A DNA stretch of 32,324 bases from Cercozoa sp. M6MM (Eukaryota; Protista; Endomyxa: Ascetosporea): NCBI GenBank assembly GCA_040357565.1, contig JBDODJ010000126.1; one strand, given 5' to 3'. Within the stretch, counting starts at the first letter, position 1; each line of letters begins with the position of its first letter. Both the position numbers and the translations under genes were made by a program. Positions 12,767-23,477 of this stretch are shown here, piece by piece. The notes below the pieces were generated by a model that saw nothing but the letters and a program-made list of their open reading frames with translations, had not been told where the DNA came from and did not search any database.

Positions 12767-13314
12767 ATGAAAAGTGTAGTATTATCTACAGTCGCGTTCG
12801 TAGTTGGAAGGTGTCGTTTTGTTGAACTTTGCTTTGGGAGCCTCGTCGAGTTCTGGAGTATTCTAGCTTTTTAAAGTTTCAAGAAGTACCAATGAAATTG
12901 ATATTGCACCTTCCGTTTAGGGCTAGCGTTGACGAGGCAGGTGACGGTCATATTGATGCTGGCCATTTGCTCCGTTCTATTCTTCGTTGGTGGTAGCCTG
13001 TTGGTGTTGATGCAGTTCTAGATGTGTATCGATTACCCATTGTTTTTTTTTCGCAGTATACACTGCGAACCGGATTGTTGACAAAATGCAAGAGGGTACT
13101 GTTTTATTGTAAATTTTACGTTCTTTTCTTTCAACTGCTCGATGCTGTTATTGTTCGGCAGTTCACCAACGAGATTTGCACTCCCATGCCATCTCCAGAC
13201 ATATCTCGTTTGGTATAAACTGTGTCTCTTTTCGCTTCGTGATTCCTGTGTTTACAACAAACAGAAGTAAAAAGACGGCTGCCGACCCCGAAATATGCCG
13301 AGCATATACAATGA
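12767..13314 (+). CDS. Hypothetical 84-aa small membrane protein, 6 exons
   Basis: Five phase-consistent GT-AG introns give MKSVVLSTVAFVVGSFLKFQEVTVILMLAICSVLFFVGVYTANRIVDKMQEVHQRDLHSHAISRHISFEVKRRLPTPKYAEHIQ*, with two hydrophobic segments. Confidence 0.55.
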
Positions 13315-13776
13315 GCGGAATTTGCTACAACCTCACCGTCACAGCCTGGGACGGGGCAGGAATCCTCAGTCCGTCGGCACAACTCAACTCGGCGCACGTG
13401 TGTTGTAGCGTCGGCAGCAGTGAGTGTCGTGCGGCGTGCGGTGGTTTCGTGCAAGTTCATGCGACGGTTCAGTCACAGTAAACGTACGATACTGTACTTG
13501 AAGATACCCACTTCGAGGTTTAGAAAATCTTAGAACGGAAAGTATGTATGTATGTATGCGCTCTAAGATTTCCGTGATTGCGCTCTCTAAACTAAATGTT
13601 CTACGCATCAGCATCACTTAGAACGCTGCAAAAATGGTGTAACGGTCGAGCAAGCGCTTCCTCTGAGGCGAGCGCTCCTTTAAAGATAAAAATAGTACAG
13701 TACGTTGAAATGAGCTCCAGAGTATCTAATAGGCGTGAGCGTATCTCTCTATGCCACAGTGGTCCACACAAGCAAA

Positions 13777-15396
13777 ATGGTAAAACACACCGTATTGATC
13801 CGCTCTTCTTCATCCCCACACAGGATGAACCACCAGCAAAGCGTGTGTGTCGTCCGCGGCGCGCTTGCCGCGACCGTGCTCCCCCTGGTACATAAACCCG
13901 TGTTTTCTGCGGCTGCCTCACGTCGGACGTACAATAGAAGACGTCAGGCTGCTGAGGCGGCCTCGGCAACTGCGAGTCAATTGGACGTCGGAAGGTTTGA
14001 TGTCTCGTGAGAGCATCGAACGGGTTTGTTTTGTGCTTGTGTGGTTTTGTTTTGAGGTACGCTCTCGCACGCTTGGGCAGGCACAGCAACTGCAGAAAGA
14101 ATTTGCCGACCTACAGACTTCCTACGTTCAGCATTGTCGAGAGCACCAGCGGTACCTACACGTGCTTTTAGGTTTTCCTTACTTTGTACACGTTTGTCAT
14201 TGTGGTTTCAGAGGAAATGACAAGCTGCACCAGAGTCTGCGAGAAGTTTCTTCTGAATTGTGCATTTTGTACTGCCGCGTGTTCGCATCTCACTGGGAGT
14301 AGTGCATACATTTTGTTTTTGAAACACTGCGTTGGGTGTTCTTGGAATGTGTATGTATACATCTAGAACGATAAGCGCCGATTTGCGGCCCGGCTACTTA
14401 CATCCCCATGCGAGAGTGTACACTTGTTTTTATTTCTGCTACTGTGTTCCTCGTACACGATGCTGCTTGCAGTTGCCAACAATTGAGTCCGCATGACTGT
14501 ACCAGTTTCTGTCTCTGCACATGCGTATGTGTAACTTGCACATGTTTGCGCAGCAAGAGGCAGTGCGTCCGTGGTGGCCGTTGCTTCTATTCCAAAGGGC
14601 AGCATCGTGCTCTGCTCGTTCGGCTGCGTGGTGTCGCAGGACTGCGGTGCTGCCATCCAGGTAAGCATGTGTTCGAGACAGTGGCATCTATAACTTTGTC
14701 GTGTTGCTCTGCAGAAGTACGAGAAGGGCACTGCCAGCTGCTGCGATTGCGGTGCCGGGTACATTCGTTGCTTTTTACTTTGACACCTTGTGTATTCGAC
14801 TAGTGTAGTTGCTTCATGTTGAGTGACAAGCAAACCTGCCCTGTTGCTTGGCTGGTACACCTACAGTTTCTTTCCCTTTCCACCTGAATACCTAGCCCTG
14901 TTGCAGAACCACCGCTGCAACACTGCCAACACAAAGGCGAGTGTCGCCGAGATCAACTTGTTCCAGTACGAGCAGGATGGAAGCAACGAAAATTGCGATG
15001 CTGGGGATGAAAGTGGCGAAGGCTGCGATGCTGTGGAGCAAGGCAACGCAAGTAACGATGCTGAGGACGAACAGGCTGAGCATACACGTGCTGTCAGACT
15101 GATGTGGCGTGATGTGCTGCCGCGCTGCCACTCGTTCATGGTGATTCGAATGGAGGCAACGCGCGACATTGCCAAAAATGAAGGTACGAAACATCGCTGT
15201 GAAATGACAACCTTAACCAATTAGGTTGTTTTTTTTTTCGCAGAGATAACTGTGGACTATGGCGAGCCCGAGGATGATGAAAACGAAGGTATCTCACTTG
15301 TTCCATATGTCTCTTGTTTGCAAAAATATAATAGACGCCTCGCCAACAGGAATTGCCTGTCATTGCGGAGACGAAAATTGTCGTGGACGCTTCTAA
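13777..15396 (+). CDS. SET-domain lysine methyltransferase-like protein with post-SET Cys cluster
   Basis: GSASVVAVASIPKGSIVLCSFG (SET-N), AWLNHRCNTAN (NHxC), ATRDIAKNEEITVDYG, post-SET IACHCGDENCRGRF*. Start modelled as aaaATG|intron|DEPPAKR. Confidence 0.88.
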
Positions 15397-15832
15397 ACGT
15401 GAAAACTGTCGCACTGGCCGGAGCGTTCAGGTCAACCAACTGAACGCTTGCATTGCACCACATTATCGCGCAAATGTCATCACATATCCGATCCGATCTG
15501 ACTTCACGGCCGTGCTCTTGTGACCCACCCCAGACTGGTGCAGGGGACTACTTCGTTGGTTTCCCTGTTATAGCATGATCTGCTGTATCCGCGCGGAAGC
15601 CACTTCTACTTTCTCTTCTTTACTTCACGCCAACTTACGTTAAGTACTTCCGAATCCTCACAACTCAGTTGCCTTTCAGTCTCAAGAATCCTATTACTGA
15701 CTGTCCTTTCTACAGCAACAACATCTGACGAATATCTTTCCCGTCCACCAGTTCGCTGATCCTTCGGAAGAGGCGTCCCTGTCGTCGGTGCGTATCAGCA
15801 GACTCGGGGTCCTGGAGGTGCTTTATGGATAT

Positions 15833-15902
15833 GACCCGTCTTGAAACACGCACCAAGGAGTCGAACGCATGGGCATACCCGGAGGCGCAATGAAAGTGAA
15901 GG
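15833..15902 (+). pseudogene. Isolated degenerate LSU (28S) rRNA fragment (conserved core just 3' of D2)
   Basis: GACCCGTCTTGAAACACGCACCAAGGAGTCGAAC differs at two positions from the conserved GACCCGTCTTGAAACACGGACCAAGGAGTCTAAC, and is followed by CCCGGAGGCGCAATGAAAGTGAAGG. The intervening helix appears shortened. No other rDNA is recognisable in the window. Confidence 0.85.
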
Positions 15903-16131
15903 TAGTGAATAGGCACTACAGAGGTATGAGCAGGTGGGTATCTCACTCTTTCAAACTTACACTTGGCTATTCTCTCCAAGAACAGACTTTCTTACGTTCC
16001 TTAGTTTCTTTGTATGGCAAAGTAACCTCAATTACCAAGGCCTGATCCCTCCCTCCTATAATATAAGACTCAACTAACTAACAAAACTCTAGTCAACCGA
16101 TCGATCACATCACCGACGGAACGGCGTGCCG

Positions 16132-16206
16132 TACAATCCCGTCTCCAGGTCTCCAATCGAATTAGGCCTCCTACAATCCCGTCTCCAGGTCTCCAATTAG
16201 GCCTCC
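16132..16206. repeat. Tandem duplication (40 + 35 bp) overlapping the annexin stop codon
   Basis: TACAATCCCGTCTCCAGGTCTCCAAT...TAGGCCTCC occurs twice, with a 5-bp insertion in the first copy. Confidence 0.9.
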
Positions 16207-18236
16207 TCACCTGCAAACAAAACCATCATTTATTTTGAGTTGCCCGCCCCAATCGTGCTGTTGAAGACATACCAGCAAAGATCTTCAGCAACAGGCGCTT
16301 GTAGTCGCCACTTGTCTCGCTCTTAATGACCTTACGCAGCGTGCGTCCTACCCAGCAGCAGCGTAATTGACATGGCAAAACACAGAAAAGATTACCCTTG
16401 GAGAGCTCGCCAACACGCTGATCGACGAGGTGGAGATCGATTTCGCTGCGTGCCACAACGACGCGGATGAGCTTGGAGTCCTGTGTGCACATGACTCAGC
16501 ATAAGAGAGGGGAACAAGGGCGGCAATGGGACTGTGCGTACCGAGGTGCCGAGACGGTCGATGGCCTCAAACAGACGCTCGGCGAAGAGCTCGTGCGGCG
16601 CCTGAGCGTATTGCACGATGTAAACGAGGGCGTCCTCCAGGTCGCCGCGGAACTCCTTCTTGATCGACTTCACAAGCGAGTAGTCGGCGATCTGCAACCG
16701 ATATATCCAATACATCCAATGTATCCTATATCCTATATATATATATACATATATATATTGTGGCCTATACGTAAACCTAAGCGAAAAGGCCCACCTTGTT
16801 GTACTCCTTGGTGATTTCACGCAGCTGCTTGAAGGAGCGCTCCGACAGGATGCGGATGAAGGTCTCCTCATCGGTGCCGAACTTGTCGAGACCGGCGGCC
16901 TTGAGACGCCGTGCGTCGGCCTTGCATGCATTCACATCGACCGGCGTGCTCTCCGGCACACGGGAGCCTGATCCAACGGGAGGGTAGGGGTAAGGATGCT
17001 GGGGTAAAGGGGGGTACCACGCGCAATGTTGCACACGAGCGTCTCCATGCGACTGCGGAACTCCGAGGCCAGGTCGTTCACGAGGTCGCGCTGGAACAGA
17101 CGCGAGAAGGCCTGCTTGAGCAGCTCAATCTGCGCATTGGTCTTGGTCAGCAGCACCTCGCACACGGTCTTGTGCTTGGTGCCGATGCCCTTCATGGCCT
17201 TGCGGAGCGACACGGCATCGAACTGGACAAGCACAATATACATAAGTCTCAAAGGCACAGCGTCTCTGGTTCCAGTACCTCGACAGGCGTGTACAGAAGT
17301 GCCACAAGAAGGTTCTCAAAGTTTCCACTGGTCTCCTTCCTGCATGACACAGTAGCAGATACATTCCCCAGCTGTACAGTTCTTAGATATCGTGTTTACT
17401 TGATGTCCTTGACGAGGTCGCGGTTGAACAGACGCGAGAAGGCAGCCTTGATCTGCTGGCGCTGAGCGTTGCTGCGGGCGCCCTACAAATCCACACATCC
17501 GCATACCCAAATAACCTGCATGTATATGTATGCGAGGTACAATGATGTCAATAATCGCACGCTCGTTGGTGCCAAAGCCCTTCATGGCCTGTTGAAGCAA
17601 ACACACACTCACTCACTTCAAGTGTCCTTGACCTGATGGCACTGTGGTATACCTGACGCAGAGCCTGAGCGTCGCGATCGGCGTCGAAATTGGCCGCTGG
17701 CGCCACCGTAGGCGCAAACTGTCCGCATGAAAGCACCGGGGGTAGGGAGCGGGTGAGGTACACACGAAATATACCTGCGTGGTGCAGTCCGCATAGCCGC
17801 CGCGCTGCTGCTGCGGCACGGCCGTGGCCGACACAGTCGCCGAGCCGTACGGGTTCGTGCTCTGCACCGGCACAGGCTGCTGCACCGGCATGGGCTGGTG
17901 GGTCGGCATGGGCTGCTGCACCGGCATTGACTGGTGGGTCGGCATAGGCTGCGGCATTTGCTGCTGCTGCATGCCAGGCATGGGCTGTCCAGGCATAGGC
18001 TGCACACCCATTGACGTAGTCGGCATGCCTATACAAACATGTCCTCGATACTCACTGACGTGCAACACAGCCTGTGCAACGCTTTACCCGGCATAGGCTG
18101 GCCGTGCATTGGTTGGGCACCCTGCAAGTATCAAGATGCAAGGTGACTATAATAGACTGGGTGGCTGGGGAGGGGGGCACCATGCTAGAAGCCATCGTCA
18201 TCATGTTGTTCGTCATGTTCATTGCGTTGTTCATCA

Positions 18237-18325
<89 letters not shown>

Positions 18326-20162
18326 GTGGAACGCACCGTGTTGGTCATGTTGGCCATCTGTTGCGACGACATGCGCATCTGGTGACGCTGCATGCGCATC
18401 TGCACACACACACACATACACACACACACATACACACACACACCACACGCACACGCACACAGGTAATACAAAATAAGCAAGACAGTAAGGGTGACAAAGC
18501 GCTACCTGCATGTCCTGGTTCATCTGCATCATGTAGTGCTGCTGCTGCTGCGGGTTCTGGAACGTCACCTGCACCGAGAACTTCTCCCTGCACACATGCA
18601 CACACATGCATAGGTAAATCCAGGGAGGTACATCCGAGTCTGGCCTACCAGCCATCGAGGTTGTCACGGTTGCACGTGGCCATGCCGTTGCTCTCGGCAC
18701 ACACTACTCTCGCAGTGCGGTAACATCACGATCAGACAGGAGGAGGAGCGGTGGTACCGAACTTGCGATGCGCGACAGACTGCAGACCAACCCGGCCACC
18801 AGGCGCAAAGATCAAACGGAAGAGCTCCCACCTGCACAGATACACACATGTGTGGACACGGAATGTGTTAATACAAAAAGACGTACTGCTGGGCCTGTGT
18901 GCGGTTGCCGACAAAGTTACCAGTCTGCTCGGCACAGCAGTAGCGTCCGTGCGCGTTCAACCTGTGGCACAAAGATCAGTCGTGATGAAATATGAGTACA
19001 ACGGGGGAGGGGTAAAAAGAGGGTACAGGGCGAACTTGTTGTTGCCAAAGCACTGAAGCTTGAAAGTCTCCCACGCCTGCGGCACCGGACGGTTCACGAC
19101 CTGCAGAAGAGCAAGTGTAGGTGTAACAGTACACAAATAAGTGAGTGGTACCATCATGCCGTTAGCCTCGGTGCAGAGCCACATGCCATTGTGACCCTAC
19201 CATGTGTAGTATGTATCTACATACCAAGTTTCCTCTGACAGGTACCTGCATACGCAGGTTGCGCGGAGCACCGCGATCGCCACACAGAGAAAAATGCAGC
19301 GGTCCTACACAAGCACATCACATAAACATACACCCATGTGGACATGTTCTTGTGTGCACAGGTTGCTGCCTCCATGTACCGCATACGTCCGGCTCGAGGG
19401 CGTTGGCGATGTCCACCAGGTCGTATTCGTTGTTCACACCGCACTGTACACACACAGACACACACAGACACACACACAAACATACCACATGTACAGTGCT
19501 CACGCAGTGAATCGAGTCCAAGGAAAGTACGATCTCGAACTCCTCCCATTCGCGCAGCCACTTGGAGCGGCACACGAGCTGACCGGTCTGGTCGGCCGTC
19601 ACAAAGGCGCCTGTGCCTGTACGGGCATTGCAATACAAGGCACGGATATGACAAGCAGCACATATCTGAGCAAAGTACCAGCGTGCATGAAGGCGACCTT
19701 GTTCGGCTCGGTCGGCGAGATCGTGAACTGGAGAAACGCCAACAGCACATCAAAAGCACCTCGTACATAGCTAAAGTCTATATATAGTCAGTGTTACGAG
19801 CTCGTTCGGACCGACACTGCCGCCGATGAACTGCAGCACGCCGTTCACGTAGCTCAGGTAGCGACCAGTCGCCTGCGAGCGCAGGCCGAATTGCAGCGCG
19901 CCTGTCCTCCGCCGCAACAGTTTAGATACCGGAGACACAAGAGACTAGTTAGATATACTGCAGGGAGTAAGACACCCTTCGGTTCAATGACCAAGTGATG
20001 CGCCGGGGTCGCCTGCATCGCGTCCTGCATCGATGACATGCCGCTCACAAAGCGACCGTGCGCGCTGCACACAAGTTCAACGTCAAGCGGTGATGGTCAA
20101 AAGCAAACCCAGCATCGATACCTACGAATCACGACACGCGGCTGAACTTGCTGCGACATCAT
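16197..20162 (-). CDS. Fusion protein: 2 fascin-like beta-trefoil domains + Met/Gln/Asn/Pro-rich linker + 4-repeat annexin core (~750 aa, 27 exons)
   Basis: Continuous phase-consistent splicing from ATG 20162 to TAA 16197. Trefoil repeats e.g. MQGHNGMWLCTEANGMMVVNRPVPQAWETF, LLNAHGRYCCAEQTGNFVGNRTQAQQWELF, QSVAHRKFVCAESNGMATCNRDNLDGWEKF. Annexin repeats AMKGFGTNE, AMKGIGTKH, LDKFGTDEETF, IDRLGTSD, and IKSETSGDYKRLLL. Confidence 0.9.
18239..18321. repeat. (TG)n microsatellite; (CA)n on the transcript, ending at the 3' splice site
   Basis: Seen directly. Confidence 0.95.
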
Positions 20163-20426
20163 CCTGTGCGGTCGCTTCCTTGACGGTGAACTGCGGAACA
20201 ACGCAGACAGTCACGAAAACCACGGGGAAAAACAGACACGCGACACAAGGCAATTCCTGCAAAAGCAACCGAAAAAATAACAACCCGAACCAGAATCGCG
20301 TCTAGTAAATCGAACGCTGTGCTACTAGGTGTACACACTCTAGTAAATATGAAGCTGAGACCTTGCTTCTAGGTGAGCAAGAGCTTTCTTGACGGCTACA
20401 AAAAGTCGTCAAACGAGCGTCAATCA

Positions 20427-22067
20427 ATGTGCGCAGAATCAGGGACGGCCAACCTTGTCGGTAGGAAAACTGTTGACCGGTTGAACCATACGCTATCTCC
20501 GTGCAATCAGCCATAGCAGAGAATGTACCAAGCGCTGAAGACTTCGTGGCCGAAGGTGCAAAGAATCTGTCAGTTTTCAGTTGCGGAGATTGTATTTATG
20601 TTTCTTTATCCGGTCTGCTGTCTCTACGCTTTGCTGCGTCGTATGACTGGGTAATGTCGTCGTAGTGGCGATCGCTCATACGAAAGACAGTGCATGTGCT
20701 CTTGGATGCGCATGGAGAACCTCGCTTTGTGCTAAACGTCGTCGGCGGTCTCATTAGCTTGTGGACATGTTCCAGTTGGAGGAATATACTGGCAACTGAC
20801 GAGGGTGCTCGCGCTTTGGGTGACATAAACAAGGTGACGACACATCTCTCGCATGCCGTGATTTGCATGCTTTTCGCCCAGCTTTGCCAAGCACTGCGTG
20901 TGCCGCTGGTGTATACCCTGTTGATCACGCTGCTGTCGATCTGCAGCACTCCTAGCTCTATGTTCGACACTCATGCCTCTGGCAGTCCCCTCGTGGACAG
21001 AGCAAAAGAGTTGCTTTTGTTTGCATGGCTGCTTTGTCTGGCGCGACGCTTCTGTGGCACTGCCACGCTCCTTTTAATCGCGTGGTGTACCTTCCTTGTA
21101 CCGTTTTCTTTAATGCCCCCCCCCCCCCGGTGGTCTTTAGTATTCTTTGCACACTGTTTGATTGCATTCAATGCAGCCGCCTTTTTCGGCTGTGTGTGTG
21201 AGTTTCGGTCACCTCGCAGTACTGTGGCAGCATTTACGGTCGAAGCTGCCAGCGGGACAACAATGTGGCGTTGTGTCTCTGTACTGTGGATTGTCTCTTT
21301 GGATCACATATCTTCTGGCCGGTCTTTTCTCGCAAACTGGGTACAGCATGCTTTCTGAAGTTGTTTTGGTACTAGTATTGACACCCTCTGTGAATAGGGA
21401 CGCGTCGACGCAGTACTTCGACTGTATACCAGACAGTGTGTCAACGTTGCAGCTGCAGCTCGTGATGATGTTGGTGGCGGCACTGGTGCTTTGTGTGTTT
21501 GCTTGGCGACTTCTCACCGGTGCAAGGTCGGAACATGCTCCATGTAGATGGTTTCTCGCTAGTAAGTGCCTTCGTCTTGGATCTAGATGTATGTATATAT
21601 AAATGTATACGTACACCCTGTGATTCACAGAAAAACCGCATAACAACAGAGAGTTGGTGACGGTGCCTCTTGTAGTCGCTTTCGTTTCGATTATCTGGGC
21701 CTCCCCCGTGCCAGTGTTATCGCGGCAGTACGCCACGCTTACTCTGCCGGCATCGTGCCTGTTGCTGTGGATCACGTGCGACCTCTACCGTGTGCCTGGC
21801 TTGCTTCGGCTCGGTTTCACGGCGCTACTGCACTCGCTCGCGGTGGCGACGTCGCATTGCTCATCGGGTGCCTTGTTGTGGCTGATGCACCTGACGCTCT
21901 TGGCCGTCGCTCTCGATGCGCCTGTGATCCCTTTTCGCTCAAACGACTCGATAGAGGAAGCTACCAGTGCGGGACATAGCGACGCACTTGACACTGTCAA
22001 GGAGTGCCAACGGCGGCAACGACGACACTCAATCTCAGTCGTTAAACACATCGCTGTTGATCAGTAG
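20427..22067 (+). CDS. Hypothetical multipass membrane protein (family not recognised; 5' exon structure uncertain)
   Basis: Successive hydrophobic exons (ORFs 20690-21358, 21162-21602, 21654-22067) linked by GT-AG introns; many Leu/Trp-rich TM-like segments; TAG stop. Confidence 0.55.
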
Positions 22068-22156
22068 TTGGCTGTGGTTGCAATTTAGCTGCATCTAAGC
22101 CAGGGAAAGTGCAAGAAAATGAGTAAACACAAGTACACAAACGGTGTACCGCTTAG

Positions 22157-22243
22157 TCAACGTAAGGAAACCGCTGTTCAAGAAACACGCTCAGTCCAAG
22201 ATCAACGTAAAAACCGCAGTTCGAGAAACATGCTCAGTCCAAG
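22157..22243. repeat. Imperfect ~44-bp tandem duplication, intergenic
   Basis: TCAACGTAAGGAAACCGCTGTTCAAGAAACACGCTCAGTCCAAG versus TCAACGTAAAAACCGCAGTTCGAGAAACATGCTCAGTCCAAG. Confidence 0.85.
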
Positions 22244-22770
22244 CGGCACTTCGTCACGTCATCCACAAGTTGGGTGACAAAGAAAACTTGGGTAGTGGGG
22301 AAACTGAGATGAAAGCGTCGAAGTGCTTCGATCACTTTGTCTGCCAACATGCGCACGGTGTTCTGTCACGTCACGGTAATTTAGTAAGTTTATACAGAAT
22401 AGCTGAAGGCAATTGTTTCAGGGAAATTCTATAAATTAATTTTAAGTTTACCCCGAGGGGTCTTCGTGCAACCGTCCGAGCAAAATCAGAATCTTGCTAC
22501 TCCTCCAACTGGATATGGCCGAACACGCCAGCAACGGCTTTGACTGTGTTTTGATTTCAAACCCTAGTCCCAGACAAAAGAAGCAGAAGCTACCGTCTCA
22601 GCTACAATAGGTGAAACCAGATCTTCTACAGTAAGCAGTCAATGGAGAGATAGATTATCATCCACTGTAAATTTACAGCCACTCTGCACTGGCTACGCAG
22701 CATTAAATTTATTTTCTTTTTTTCAGCTAACGAAGCAGTGCTCACTGGAAGTCGCATAATCCACAACAAA

Positions 22771-23477
22771 ATGAGCGCTTTGAAGGTGCTAATGGGCTTT
22801 GTGACCGCCCCCTCCAACGAGGTCGCTCTACGGCTTGCGAAGGTATAAGTATTGTATAACTTTCGGTTCCACTGTTTACTTGTACTGAGTAAATTTACCA
22901 GTATCGCAATTTTCTGTGGCAGGGTTTGGTCGAAGACCAGCTAGTTGCCTGCGTCAACATAGTTCCGACAATTCAGTCTGTCTACCGGTGGCAGGTATCG
23001 ACACTTTATCTTTGGAGTCGTTTGCTTTGTCTGAAATGTACAGTAACGTAAAGTGATAAGCAGGGAGAAATCCATACTGACAATGAAAGCTTACTCGTGT
23101 TGAAAACCACAGAAGCTCGCGTCGACGAGGTCAAGAGCTTCGTGTCGCGTCACCACCCATACGATGTGGTACAGATACTGTCGACTTGGCTCCCTTCTTG
23201 AGTCCTTGTACTGTAATCAACTGAACGGTTTTGGAGCAGCCCGAAGTGATTTTTTCGCACATCACTGCGGGAACGGATGCGTATTTGAGGTATTATACAT
23301 TTTTCATTTTTGTAGCATTGGTAAATTAATGTGGTCAGCTTTAAATATTGTCGGAGCACAACTTACCTATCGATACATGTATCAATATAATTTCAGTTTG
23401 ATGTTTTCTGTAGCTTTGTGCGAAAAAGCACACAGCTGGATCCAGCGGCAGCCGAGCAGAAAGAGTCGAACAAGTAA
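22771..23477 (+). CDS. CUTA: CutA divalent-cation tolerance protein homologue, 5 exons
   Basis: MSALKVLMGFVTAPSNEVALRLAKGLVEDQLVACVNIVPTIQSVYRWQGEIHTDNESLLVLKTT...HHPYDVPEVI carries the CutA motifs (LAACVN, S.Y.W.G, E....KT, HPYE/DVPE). Confidence 0.95.

Noticed and set aside
13057-13215. Chromodomain-like YTANRIVDK...YLVW upstream of the SET gene (SUV39-like architecture)
   Set aside because: The two pieces are in incompatible splice phases; the exons fit a separate 84-aa gene.
15710-15979. 89-aa minus-strand ORF containing DSLVRVSRRV
   Set aside because: This is the typical antisense translation of conserved LSU rRNA; it has a TTG start and no other support.
22157-22243. Direct repeats (here and at 16132-16206) considered as CRISPR-like arrays or transposon ends
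   Set aside because: Only two adjacent copies each, with no spacers, TIRs, TSDs or transposase/Cas ORFs.
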